Below, in pieces: positions 46,116-59,169 of a stretch of DNA of 64,000 bases; the stretch's first letter is position 1; every line of letters begins with the position of its first letter. Both the position numbers and the translations under genes were made by a program. Under the pieces are notes generated by a model that was not told where the DNA came from, ran no database searches, and was given only the letters and a program-made list of their open reading frames with translations. Origin of the DNA: Squalus acanthias (Eukaryota). The stretch lies in the NCBI GenBank assembly GCA_030390025.1, contig CM059441.1, forward strand, positions 496,001 to 560,000, in the 5' to 3' direction.

Positions 46116-47819
46116 CTTTCTCTCTCCATGGATGTTGTCTGGCCCGCTGAGTTTTTCCAGCGTTTTCTGTTGTTATTTTGGGTTTTAAGACTTGATTTAG
46201 GACTCCGCTCATTTTATTGAGCAGTGATGACAAATTTTGCGTGCAGCCTAAAGCAGTTGCGCCTGGCGCTAATTCTCCAACTTTTCTACTGACACTACTC
46301 ATTCTTTGGCTATAACGAATTTCGAGCCCACAAGCTTCTGCAGAGGTGAAAGTTTCAGAGTGGCAGAGAATATTGTTAATAGCATGATTAAGTCCCAATA
46401 CCTTGTATAGTTATTCTTCCATGACATTCTGATGCAAAAGGTATTTGTTAAATTTCCATACAAAAGACAGCAGGTTATGAATTAAGCTGAAAGTTGTGGG
46501 GCTTCAAACTTGGATAGGGTTAAGATAATAGCTGAAGGGTAGAAAACAATAGTAGTGATGTCAGGCTGGTGGAACTAATGAGTGGGGTGCCCCAGGGCTC
46601 ATTATTGGGAGCACTGTTGTTTCTAATTTGTATCAAAGACTTTGATTCAGAAACTCAATGCAAATTGGTCACAATATTCAGATGATACCGGATCTTGTTC
46701 AGATTTAACTCTTGATATTTTGCAAAATTGAGTAATTATCTAACTCATGCAGACAATGTTTTATTTCTGCTACTAACATTAAAAACTCTGCATCTTTCCA
46801 CTCTACCCTATCATCTCTCTGTCCCTTATTGCTGAATGACCACTTTTATATTCACCAATAAGCCTTCTACTAAACCCAATAGATATCTCATGTTTTGGCA
46901 GCAGCCTTCACTGAAAACACAAACATTTCAAGCTATTGCTAACAATTATTTTTAATCTCATGGTTTCCTTCTCTGAAAGTTTTATCAACTAAATGTTTTT
47001 GATTAGCGGGAATAGGTTCTGATCTCTGAGAGATTATCTGCATAAATCGCCCTAACCACTTCATACAGTTTATGCGTGGGTGATTGGACTCCTTGACAAC
47101 GTTGTGTAACTGGAAGTACGGGTTGTGACCACAAAGGCAGCTTCCTTATATTTCACTTAACTTCCTGAAACCAACATTAACCGCAGAGCATTCGACTCTT
47201 TCTAAAAGCATACATAAAAAGTAAACTGAAAATGTCGCACTTAAGGGGAAATATAAGAGATAAAAGTGTGTTAAATGTAATTTTAGAAAGAAACTACCAA
47301 TTTATATTCCAGCACACAAAATATTCATATCTTAACATCTGAGCAATTGGTAGAATAAACAAAGCATTAAAGTTGCACAAAACATTGTAGGTTAAAACAA
47401 ACTAACTTGAATACAAAGCAGATCTGTGGTTAACTTGAATTGAAGCCCCTTAAAGTAACCGGCAACCAGCACCTTAAAAAGCAACTCCATGTTCAGAAAG
47501 GTTTTAAATAAAAGATGACCTTTTTAGAGGTAATATTCAGACTTTGCACTGCTCGTGAGGGACTTCGCTCACCAGCAATTCATTTCAAGAATGAATTTTC
47601 AGTACATACTCTCAGCATGCAAGGGTCACCATCAGAAATGTATTATATATAATCTGGCCGTGCTTGATTTCCTACTCCTATAATGTATCACCTTAATGAG
47701 CACAAGATTCATATTCATATAATTAAAAAAGACAGGCTTTTGTATATTATTTCAGATATGAAAGAGTTCAGAATCCACTAACTCAACACAAATGATATTT
47801 CAGGTTGTAAAGGATTACA

Positions 47820-48215
47820 CACCATCTTAAACATCCACCACCAGTGCACCGTGGCTGCAGTGTGTATCGTCTATATGATGCACTGCAGCAACTCACCAAG
47901 GCTTATTCGACAGCATCTCCCAAAGCCGTGACCTCTACCACCAAGAAGGACAAGGGCAGCAGGCACATGGGAATTCTACCACCTCCAAGGTCCCCTCGAA
48001 GTCACACACCATCCTGTCTTGGACATATATCGCAGATCCTTCATCACAGCTGGGTAAAAATCCTGGAACTCCTTATCTAACAGCACTGTGGGAGTACCTT
48101 CACCGCACAGACTGTAGCGGTTCAAGAAGGCGGCTCACCACCACCTTCTCAAGGGCAATTAGGGATGGGCAATAAACGCTGGCCTTATCAGCGACGCCCA
48201 CTTCCCAGGAACAAA
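47820..48215 (+). mobile_element. CR1-group LINE 3' fragment
   Basis: Homologous to 35180-35590. Confidence 0.8.
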
Positions 48216-49049
48216 TTTTTTAAAAAGGGCTACCAAATCGCTATCACCCGTTGTACACTATCGCTCAATGTCAAGATCTACCCCTAATCTTTAAAACTGG
48301 ACTGGAGTAAGAGTTTTCAAAGCTAATCAAATCGACAAAAAAGACTTGTAAAACATTATTTTTAATCAAAGCCTGGTGTTTATTCATTCGACTATGAAAA
48401 GAGATTTCCTGTTTATTTCAGGATGTCTGCAGCTCAATAGAAACACTGGTATCAGAAATAGAAGATAATTGTATACTAGATTGTGTGTGCGTGCATTTGA
48501 GCTGGTAGTGCAGGAGGGGGTGTGGGTGGGGGAGGGGTGGGGAAGAGTCGCAGCTCTGTTCCGCAAGTACTGCAGAGAATTATTTAGCTTAGTTTACACG
48601 AGTGATCTCTCCCGTGGAAAGGTGGCACCCAGTCACTTCTGCAACTATTGCACCACATAACTGCTCACCTCATCTCAACACAAAATTCCAGCGTATCAGC
48701 CCCACTCACTCACATCATGCAAAATCCTAATCAAAGCCTGCTCCTGATCTGAGGATAATATTTCAAAAGCAGTTTTAGAACTGCCATCAATGGCGTTCAT
48801 TATATTGGTTACTTCAGTATCTGTTTACCATATTATTTATCAAAGCTTGCCAGATTTATAAAGCTTAATTATTAATTCAGGTTTACAACTTCAAAGAGAG
48901 TTTAAGATCATTTCCTTTGCATTAGAAAATTATTCCTATGCAGATGCACTGTATCCTAGTTAGAGATTAAAGGCTATAGCATTTGGCCAAAAACAAAAAA
49001 GCATGTGTGCATGAACATAAATTCAAGCTTCTAAACGGGTGCAATTTAG

Positions 49050-50100
49050 ATTGGTTAACCGACAGAAAACAGAGAGTAGGGATAAACAGGTCATTTTCAG
49101 GTTAGCAGGCTGTAACTAGTGGGGTGCCGCAATCTATATTAATGACTTAGATGAAGGGACCAAGTGTAATGTATCCAAGTTTGCTAACGATACAAAGCTA
49201 GGTGGGACAGTAAGCTGTGAGGAGGACACAAAGAGCCTGCAAAGGGATATAAACAGGTTAAGTGAGTGGGCAATAAGGTGGCAGATGGCGTATAATGTGG
49301 GGCAATGTGAGGTTATTCACTTTGGTAAGAAGAATAGGAAAACAGAATGGTGAGAAACTATTAAATGTTGGTGTTCAGAGAGATTTAGGTGTCCTCGTAC
49401 AGGAAGCACAGAGAGCTAGCATGCAGGTACAGCAAGCAATTAGGAAGGCAAATGGGATGTTGGCCTTTATTGCAAGGGGGTTGAAGTATAAGAGTAAGGA
49501 AGTTTTGCTACAATTGTACAGGGCTTTGGTGAGACCAAACCTGGAGTACTGAGCATAGTTTTGGTCTCCTTATCTGAGGAAGGATATACTTGCCTTAGAG
49601 GCAGTGCACGAAGGTTAATTAGATTGATTCCTGGGATGAGAGGGTTGTCCTATGAGGAGAGTAGATTGGGCCTATAATCTCTGGAGTTTAGAAGAATGAG
49701 AGGTGATCTCATTGAAACATGTAGGATTCTGAGGGGGATTGACAGGATAAATGTTGAGAGATTGTTTCCCCTGGCTGGAGAGTCTAGAGCTAGGGGGCAT
49801 AGTCTCAGGAGAAGGGGTTGATCTTTTAAGACTGTGATGAGGACAAATTTCTTTACGCAGAGGGTTGTGAATCTTTGGAATTCTCTACCCCAAAGTGCTG
49901 TGGATGCTGAGTTGTTGCGTATATTCAAGGCTGAGATAGATAGATTATTGGACTCTAGAGGAATCAAGTTATATGGGGATCGGGCGGGAAAGTGGAGTTG
50001 AGGTCGAAGATCAGCCATGATCTTATTGAATGGCGGAGCAGGCACGAGAGGCTGTATGGCCGACTCCTGCTCCTAATTCTTAAATTCTTATGTCCTTATG
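49050..50100 (+). mobile_element. CR1 LINE RT to 3' end, decayed
   Basis: QRDLGVLV, LYRALVRPNLEY, CR1 3' UTR and tail. Confidence 0.9.
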
Positions 50101-50364
50101 TAGACAGTCTTGAATTCAACAGGATGCAAGTCACTCTATAAAGGACTACAGCAGTGCCCACAGATCACAATCAGGATTTCGCTGCCTACTGTGCCATCTT
50201 TTCCCTGTATTTTCTTATACATCCCTGATCATTTTTGTCTCTATACACCAGTAAGTGAAAATACACCTTGAAATATAGGTTGCTGCGGTGATTTACAAAA
50301 TATCAAACAATTAAAATCCAATCAGTGTAGCCCAAATGTTTAACCAATTCCTGGCATTTAAGTA

Positions 50365-50485
50365 GTTTGCATTCCTACATTATAACAGTGACTACACTTC
50401 ACAAAATTACTTCATTGACTGTAAAGCATTTTTGGATGTCCTCAGGTCCGAAAGGCACTATATAAATGCAAAACATTCTTTCTTT
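50365..50485 (+). mobile_element. SINE 3' tail fragment
   Basis: CCTACATT..AACAGTGACTACACTTC...CTATATAAATGC. Confidence 0.65.
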
Positions 50486-51389
50486 TTTATATTGTACTCC
50501 TCAACATGCAAACTGCAAAACAGAAACACAGGTCCTCAAAATCAGGAAGAGGTGGTCAAAATTAGGAACATACCCACATGATTATTCAAATATGCTAACA
50601 TTTTCAATTTGCTGTACTTTGTTATTATTGTGCTTCCAGTGGGTTTAATGCATTATTATGGTGTCCACAAATCCAACTGCAAATAAAAGAAGTTTGGTCT
50701 GGAATATGCTTAATTTTTTTCTGTTGCATTTTTTCAACCTTTTGTATTTTGATGGCACGTAACTTAAGCCTTAAAACATGTACCATCGAATATAAAGTGA
50801 TAACCCTCTGCATTACAGAACTGTAAGAAAAGCCAACATAAACTTTATGAATCCCACTCCAAACTTGGGATAAGATTGAAATTTGCCAGCAAAATCAAGA
50901 CATCACAATTAAATTGGAAGGATTGAGTGGTATAGTGTACACCATTCTTGACATTATTTTAGAATCTGGAATTATGAGGCAGCCATTTTGAAATCTGGTG
51001 GAATCAGACATAAAACATATATTAGCCTAAAGCATGCAGAAATCCGGAACTTGCAGGCATTTCAATGGCGTACTCTGAGAGTACGCCGCCACAGACACTG
51101 CAATTTCAGGGCCATTATTTTTCAATAAATGGGCTAATATCTGAGTTAAAATAACAGATCGAGGAATGTCATATCAATATATTATGGATTCCTGCGTTAA
51201 TATTGCCAACAGTAATTTCTGTGCTATTGTAACCCTTCTGGGGTCCAGCTGAATTTTTTGGAAAATACAGGAGACACTGTAGGTATGGGTTCGGGCAGTC
51301 TGTGTAGTATACAAAATCTAATGCAGTCCTGAAAAGTAGGAAGAATTGTTTCCCCTTTACTTTTCTCTTCTTGCATCCTCTGTATACTT

Positions 51390-51881
51390 GAGCTCATCCA
51401 AAACTCTGCTGCCCATATCCTAACTCGCACCAAGTCCCGTTCACCCATCACCCCTGTCCTCGCTGACCTACATTGGCTCCCGGTCGAGCAACAACTCAAA
51501 TTTAAATTTCTCATTATTGTGCTCGAACCCCTCCATGGTCTTGCCCCTCCCTATCTCTGTAATCGTCTCCAGCCCTACAACCTTCTAAGAACTCTGCATT
51601 CCTCCAATTCTGGCCTCCTGTGCATACCCAATTTGCTTCACCCCACCATTAGCAGCCGTGCCTTCAGCTGTCTAGGCCCTAAGCTCTGGAATTTCCTCCC
51701 TAAACCGTTCTGCCTCTCCACCACTCTCTCTTCCTTTAAGACGTTGCTTAAAACTTACCTCTTTCCTGTTCTAATGTCCTCTTCTGTGGCTCGGTGTCAA
51801 TATTTGTCTGATAACGCTCCTGTGAAGCGCCTTGGGACGTTTTACTACGTTAAAGGCGCTATATAAATACAAGTTGTTGTT
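51390..51881 (+). mobile_element. L2 LINE 3' fragment
   Basis: LADLHWLPV...HGLAPPYL; GTTGTTGTT tail. Confidence 0.85.
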
Positions 51882-52739
51882 CAAAGAAATCATCCCAGAA
51901 ATGCCAGATGCAAGCAGATTTTTACATAATACTGATGAACTAGTTAAAACAAATGTTCATATGTAAACCTTTAGTCTGCTGACATCTTGAATGTAAGTAG
52001 AAAATTCTTGAGCAGCAGGCTAAGGGTTAAATGAGTTATGAAGTGTGATTGTTGCATTCAACTTTTGGCTATGTTGTAATAATAACATTTATTGTTTTAG
52101 AACCTGTCATAATGTAGAAAACTTGTGCCTGCAGAGGCATTGCTAAGATTTCTGAATGTGTTGTATTATATAGCCCAGAGCTATATATCACTACAGAAGA
52201 TTCCCACTGAATTGTGATTACTAAGAAGCTCGGGATAGCAAACAACAGTTTTCTCTTAAACTTTTCTCCACAAAACCTAGTAAAATCATGGCTCTGATAA
52301 TCTCAATATGATAATCCCAGCACTGAAACTATGGTATATACACAGGGGCTTTGAATAACTCATACTGTAATCCTTCAATACACTATCTCTAATATATCAC
52401 ACTGTTAACTGCTCATTTGCTAACCGAACCAATATAAAACAGACCCTGTTTCACAGAGAGGGAGGAAAGATCAGAAAGGAGCACCAATTCCTATCACTGA
52501 CACGGACCATTAACTGGCTGTAGAATGGAACTAGCAAGGCTTTTGAGGAAGCTTGGATAGCCCAATCAGAGGTAGCCTAACTCTGGGACAGAAAACATGT
52601 GAAAATTTGGAGGGGTGAAATAAAGCAGCGGTAAACTAGGCAGATGACCGTATTAAGCTTCCTGACTAGCGTATCTGTGGTTGGTCTAATACTTACCCAT
52701 CACGAGTCTGTCTGCTCGTACAGATACTTGCATTAGTGA

Positions 52740-54295
52740 ACCATTGCCTGGCACTTGTGTGGTGCGAAATCTGCCGCCCTTACCCAGTCTGGCCTATATG
52801 TGACTCCAGACCCACAACAATGTGGTTGACTCTTAACTGCTGTCTGAAATGGGCTAGCAAGCCACTCAGTTGTATCAAACCGCGAGGAAAAGCAATAAGA
52901 ATAAAACTGGATGGACAACCCGGCATCAACCTAGGCACCACACTCAGACACGGCAAAGACACACCCAGCCCAGTCAACCCTGTAAAGTCATCTTTACTAA
53001 TATCTGGGCACTTGTGCCAAAATTGGGAGAGCTGTTCTACAGACTAGTCAAGCAACAGCCTGACATAGTCATAATCACAGAATCATACCCTTCAGCCAAT
53101 GTCCCAGATTCCTCCATCACCATTCCTGGGTATGTCCTGTCCACCGGCAGGACAGACCCACCAAAGGTGGCGGCACAGTGGTATACAGTCAGGAAGGAGT
53201 GGCCCTGGGAATCCTCAACCTTGACTCCGGACCCCATTAAGTCTCATCACCTACTGCCCTCCCTCAGCTGATGAATCAGTACTCCTCCATGTTGAACACC
53301 ACTTAGAAGAAGCACTGAGAGTAGTAAGGGCACAGAATGTACTCTGGGTGGGAGACTTCAATGTCCATCAGCAAGAGTGGCTCGGTAGCACCACTACTGA
53401 CCGAGCTGGCTGAGTCCTGAAGGACATAGCTGCCAGGCTAGGCCTGCAGCAGGTAGTGAGAGAACCAACACGAGGGAAAAACCTACTTGACCTCGTCCTC
53501 ACCAATCTACCTGTCGCAGATGTATCTGTCCATGACAGTATTGGTAGCAGTGACCTGTGGAGACGAAGTCCCGTCTTCACACTGAGGACACCCTCCATCG
53601 TGTTGTGTGGCACTACCACCATGTTAAATGGGATAGATTCAGGACAGATCGAGCAGCTCAAAACTGGGCATCCATGTGGCGCTGTGGGCCATCAGCAGCA
53701 GCAGAATTGTATTCCACCACAATCTGTAACCTCATGGCCCGGCATATCCCTCACTCTACCATTAACAACAAGCCAAGGAATACAACCCTGGTTCAATGAG
53801 GAGTGTAGAAGAGCAAGCCAGGAGCAGCATCAGGTGTACCTAAAAATGAGGTGCCAACCTGGTGAAGCTCCAACACAGGACTACATGCATGCTAAACAGA
53901 GGAAGTAGCATACTATAGATAGAGCCAAACGATCCCACAACTAACAAATCAGTCCTGCAACATCCAGTCATGAATGGTGGTAGACAATTAAACAACTAAC
54001 GGGAGGAGCAGGCATGCAGCAAGACCTGGGCAACATTCAGGCTTGGGCTGATAAGTGGCAGGTAATATTGGTGCCACACAAGTGCCAGGCAATGACTATC
54101 TCCAACAAGAGAGAATCTAATCACCTCCACTTGACATTCAACGGGATTACCATCGCCGAATCCCCCACCATCAACATCCTGGGGGTCACCATTGACCAGA
54201 AACTTAACTGGACCAGCCACATAAATACTGTGGCTACAAGAGCAGGTCAGAGGCTGGATATTCTGCGGCCAACAATGACCGCATCCCGTGAATGA
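52740..54295 (+). mobile_element. CR1-group LINE with APE endonuclease region and large internal deletions
   Basis: PDIVIITES, GDFNVH, EPTRGKNLLDLVLTN, PWFNEEC, then a jump at ~54012 to QQDL..IQAWADKWQV. Confidence 0.85.
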
Positions 54296-54763
54296 ATGAA
54301 AACAAAGTCTGACTGTTATTTACCAGACCCCTCGGTCCAGTCTCATTGTTGTCTAATAAATTACTGCATCTAGTCTCAAAAGCTTTAATTTTTTTAAAAT
54401 GGGCTGTGAGTTTTAAACATTTCCTGTCCTCTTTTTTGTATACAGCAAATCATATACAGTAAAGCAAACCACAATTTTTTAATTTGTTTACGACAAACAT
54501 TAAATTATCATCAGAAAATCTAACCAGCAATACCCGCCTTTTCACTAGACTTCGTGTTATTCTTACAAGTTTATTTTCCCCACTGTCATGCTAACACAAT
54601 TGAGCAAACCCACTCACATATACACCAGGATAGACCCAAGGAGAAGAATAAAGATGCTCTTTCGGAGCAGACCCCTAACAAAGGTCAGACAAATTACTCG
54701 TAATAGTGGAAGATAAGACTTTATATAAGATCTGATAACATATATTTTTGGTAAAGAACTTAC

Positions 54764-54880
54764 CTTTGATGCTGCCAGTTATCATGGCTGCAAGGCAATA
54801 TGTAGCAGCACTGGTGATGTTTATCTCTCCAGGTATGGGTGATTAAATCAGCGCTCGTCCTTCCTCATGAGTATATAACA
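54764..54880 (-). other. Candidate 117-nt host 5' UTR exon
   Basis: Acceptor ttttccattttgtaacAG, donor AAG|GTAAGT, non-repetitive flanks; stops in all three frames. Confidence 0.4.
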
Positions 54881-55519
54881 CTGTTACAAAATGGAAAATG
54901 CTTCCTGTTTATTCACAATCATGCTTTGACGCAGTGAGCACAAACACGAATCAGGCACAATTCAATAATAAGTTTAATTTCAAAATGTAACCTTTAAAGT
55001 ATTAGTCACTGCATTTATCATGTTAACCAATGGAATATAAGTTTACTGTGCATGGGTTCTGATTCGACTGTCGCTGAAGCATTTTTGTAAATAACTAACA
55101 CAAGAAACTATAAATGAACGTAAAAGAAAAAGGGAGATTGGTGCTTGCCTGAGACTAAAGGCCCCTGCCCCCACTTTAAAATAGATAAGAAATTTATCAA
55201 TGACTCGCATCTCTCATCTGCTGTTTCAAAAACGGCAGAGAGCAAAACAGGCAATGAATACTCACTTAAAAGGGCCAGACTAAATTGATTTCTGATTTGT
55301 TGAACTTGGGAACTTGTTAGTCCTTTGCTGATAAGTTTTCCATTTTTTCGGTTTTCTATCTCCATCCCTTTCCATTTTTATGCTGAAAGTCCTTTTGATA
55401 TCTTTAGGTCTCTTGTGGTAGATTTTATTTGTTACCGCTGTAGTATAAAGTAGAAAACAGGAAGCCTAGGATTTGTAAAAGGTAAAGCAAGCCTGATAAC
55501 TCCATTTTACATGGATCAC

Positions 55520-55697
55520 ATTTGTGTTTCCTACATTACAACAGAGACTATACTCCAAAATGACTTCATTGGTTGTAAAGCGCTTTGGGATGTCCTGAGG
55601 TCGTGAAAGGCGCTATATAAATGCAAGTCTTTCTTTTTTTTCCTTTTCCCTTCTTTCTTTCTTTTTTTCTTTCTTTCTTGCTTTCTTTCTTTCTATC
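55520..55697 (+). mobile_element. SINE 3' tail with expanded (TTTC)n microsatellite
   Basis: GGCGCTATATAAATGCAAGTCTTTC followed by TTTC repeats. Confidence 0.75.
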
Positions 55698-56469
55698 TAG
55701 AAAGGAAGAAACAGAGATGGTAATGCAAAAATTATCTTCTGAAAGTTTGACTTATACAGAAGTTATTATTACTAAAAAGTCTCTAAAGCGGATATACAGT
55801 AGAAAATGCAGTTGGGCCATTAGTATGTGAAACGACAGATTAACATTTTCAGTACAGATCTTTTATTAGAATACTGGTGAAATATTAATATTAACCTGTC
55901 TTTTTTTTCAGATCTTGACGGACCTGCTGTGTGTTTCTGGCATTTTCTGGAAATGCGTATTGTCAGCTCTTAAATTATTCACAGAGAACTTCTGAATAAG
56001 CATTAGCTCATCATTCAGTTGATAGAGGCTAGATTGATTTGGCCAGAATCTGCTGTGCCCTACTCAAATCTGTCATGAATTTATAAATAGCAAAACCTAA
56101 TCTAGTTATAGGACTCCAGAGTCGCGGAAATAATATAATTTGTTTTGGAACAGTAACTGGTGTGACAAATGTTTTTTTGTACATAAAGCTATAACTGTGA
56201 AGGAGCATTTTTTCTAAGTTTACAACAAGTTTACAGAATTGAACCAATTTTTGAATTTAAAGGTAACACCCGGTGAGGTATTTTTGTCTAGTTTTGATTT
56301 AGAAGCTGTTCCTTTAAATCCAATTACTGTACATAAGTCATTTAAAAACCAATTGAAGTTCAGATCTCTGTACCAAGATGTTTTGTTAGCCCAGGTGCAT
56401 TACTGAAAGCTTATCTAGATCTTTAATCTATAGACAGACACTCCTTAGATATGGGAAGTTACGACTTGC

Positions 56470-58770
56470 TCGTGAGAGTGATCTATGGTATTACAGAGAC
56501 ATGGTTGCAGAGTGATTACAGAGACGTGGTTGCAGAGTGACCAAGGTTGGGAACTAAATATTCCAGAATATTTGACTTTTAGAAGAGACAGGCAGAATGG
56601 AAAAGGAGGGAGGGTAGCCTTGATAGTAAAGGAGGGGATAAAGACGGTAGAGAGAAAGGATCTTAACCTCGGAAAATCAAAATGTAGGATCAGTTTGGAT
56701 GGAGCTAAGAAACAACAAGGGGCAGAAAACACTAGTGGGAGTAGTTTATAGGCCCCCTAACAGTAGTTGTAGTGTCGGCAGAGTATAACTCAGGAAATCA
56801 GAGATGCATGTAACAGGGGTAATATGGTAATCATGGGGGACTTTAACTTTCATATAAACTGAGCAAACCACATTTGCAGTAATAGTGCAGAGGAAGAGTT
56901 CATGGAATGCATTCAAGATAGTTTTCTAGATCAGTATGTCGAGGAACCTACTAGAGAATTGGCTATTTTAGATCTAGTATTGTGCAATGAAACAGGGTTA
57001 ATTAATAAACTTGTAGTAAAGGAGCCTCTGGGGTGCAGTGATCATAATATGATAGAATTTTATGTTGTGTTTGAGAGTGATTTAGTTAAGTCCAAAACTA
57101 GGGGCCTAAATCTAAACAAAGCAAACTATGTAGGTATGAGAGGTGAGTTGGCTAAGGTAGGTTGGGAAACTAGATTAAAAGATATGACAGTAGAAAAGCA
57201 ATGGCAAACATTTAAAGAAATACTTCATAATTCGCAATGAATATACCTTCCCTTAAGGAATAAAAACACCACGGGAAAAATGGTCCACCCGTGGCTAACA
57301 AGAGAAATTAAAGATAGTATTAGATTAAAGGAAGAGGCCTATAATGTTGCCAAAAAGAGTAGTATGCCTGAGGATTGGGAGGATTTTAGAATTCAACAAA
57401 AGAGGACCAAGAAATTGATGAAGAAACGGAAAATAGAATGAGAGTAAAGTAGCGAGAGACATAAAACAGATTGTAAAAGCTTCTATAAGTATGTAAAAAG
57501 GAAAAGATTAGTGAAAGTAAACATGGGTCCCTTACAGGCTGACACAGGAGAAATTATAATGGGGAATAAGGAAATGGCAGGGAAATTAAACAAATACTTT
57601 GGGCTGGATTTTACCAGCCCTGAGGAAGTGGGTTTGGAGGTGGGACTGCTGGGAAAATCAAAAAGAATGGGAGCGAGTCACGAACCCACTCACAACCCAC
57701 CTCCAACCAATCTTCCTGGGAGTCGGGTCCCCGATTTGCACAGGGACCCGACTCCTAGCGGTGGGAAGAGGATTATAGCCACTTAACTGCCTGTTAACAG
57801 GTAGTTAACAGGCAGTTAAGAGGCTTTTTCCAATTTTTAGACTGCTGCTGCGGGCATCCTGACGTCGGGGAACCCCACCAGGGTAAGTGAGGCATGCTGT
57901 GGGTCTGTTGTTATGTTGGTGTATAGATGACAGCTGCAGAAGTGGTGTGAAGGATGCAATGGGACACTGGTGAGTATCAGAGGTAAGGAAATGTTGGGAA
58001 AGTCATTTTTAATGTGTTTAGATTTTTCTGTAGGTGACAAGTTTTGAAGTGTTTGTGTGGCCTCACCTCAATGGGAGAAGTGAAGATCGCTTCTGTACCC
58101 TCACCTGCAGCTGCCATCTGTTTCATCCTAAGGAGAGAGTCACTGGAGAGCCTGGATGCAAGGGCTCACCTGTGTACAGTGATTGTCAGTGTTTGACAGT
58201 GCCTTTAAAAAAACCGGCAGATGAAGCGTCATCAACTGACGTCATCTGACACCGGCTTTCCCTTAATTGGCCAGCAAGCCCGCAGGGCAGGCTTAATAAG
58301 GCCAATCAGGGGAAAATAGCATCTGTGCATCGGACGTCGTTGGGGGTGGGACTAGAACCCGGAAGGCAGCAGTCCCGCCCCCAACGCATCTCGGTGTGTA
58401 AAATCCAGCCCTTGGTGTCTGTCTTCATGGAAGAAGACACAAAAAACATTCCGGAAATAGTGAAGAACCAAGGGTCTGGTGGTGAGAATGCGGAACTGAA
58501 AGAAATTAGTATTAGTAAGGAAATAGTACTGGAGAAATTAATGGGACTGAAAGCCAATAAATCCTCATGACCTGATGGCCTACATCCTAGGATTTTAAAA
58601 GAGGTGGCTGTAGAGATAATGGATGCATTGGCTGTCATCTTCCAAAATTCCATAGATACTGGAATGATTCCCACGGATTGGAAGGTAGCAAGGTGGGAAT
58701 GTAAGTTGTGAGGAGGATGCAAAGAGGCTGCAAGGGGATGTAGGCAGGTTAAGCGAGTGGGCAAGACGCT
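56470..58770 (+). mobile_element. CR1 LINE endonuclease/linker region, interrupted by a MITE
   Basis: ITETWL, YRPP, MGDFN, QYVEEPTR..AILDLVL, SDHN; resumes at 58412. Confidence 0.88.
57601..58411. mobile_element. MITE family A copy inserted in CR1
   Basis: TIRs GGGCTGGATTTTAC / GTAAAATCCAGCCC; flanks TTT/TTG; colinear with 989-1857. Confidence 0.9.
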
Positions 58771-59169
58771 GGCCAGCAGAATAGATCTGTGGGCTGCTCC
58801 TGTTCTCTGTCTGTACTTTCAGGTGGTCATGTTCATTAAGCTGTTTTAACACTAGATTAATGTTAAATAGTGGGGCTGGAATGTTCCCTACTGAGTCAGG
58901 TCGGGGGCGTGCGGGCCGCGTAGCGGGTCGGTACCGCGATGTATTGATCAGCCTGCTCGTCAGAGCGACTTTAGCGTAATGGCCCCTATTAAGGCAGTCA
59001 TGCGCATTTCCTAGCCCTATTAAATGGTGCGGGGCTGATGATGTTATCGATGAGTCATTTCCAGCAGAGATATTAAAGCAGCCTTGGCCACATCGCATTT
59101 GAAGGTCCATGTAGGAGTGTGGAGGGAGGATTGGAGAGCAGTGTCTTGTTGCAGAGAAATAGAAAAAAA

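Larger units (their letters stand above)
44324..46177 (+). mobile_element. 5'-truncated Penelope-like retroelement
   Basis: RT + GIY-YIG ORF; 11-bp TSD TTGGGTTTTAA (44313-44323, 46178-46188); empty site visible in the homologous Harbinger at ~63305-63330. Confidence 0.95.
37376..46329. mobile_element. PIF/Harbinger DNA transposon (element 3) with nested Gypsy and Penelope insertions
   Basis: Imperfect TIRs GGG.....AATTCGT at both ends; 3-bp TSD ACA (37373-37375, 46330-46332); right end homologous to 63169-63950. Confidence 0.85.
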
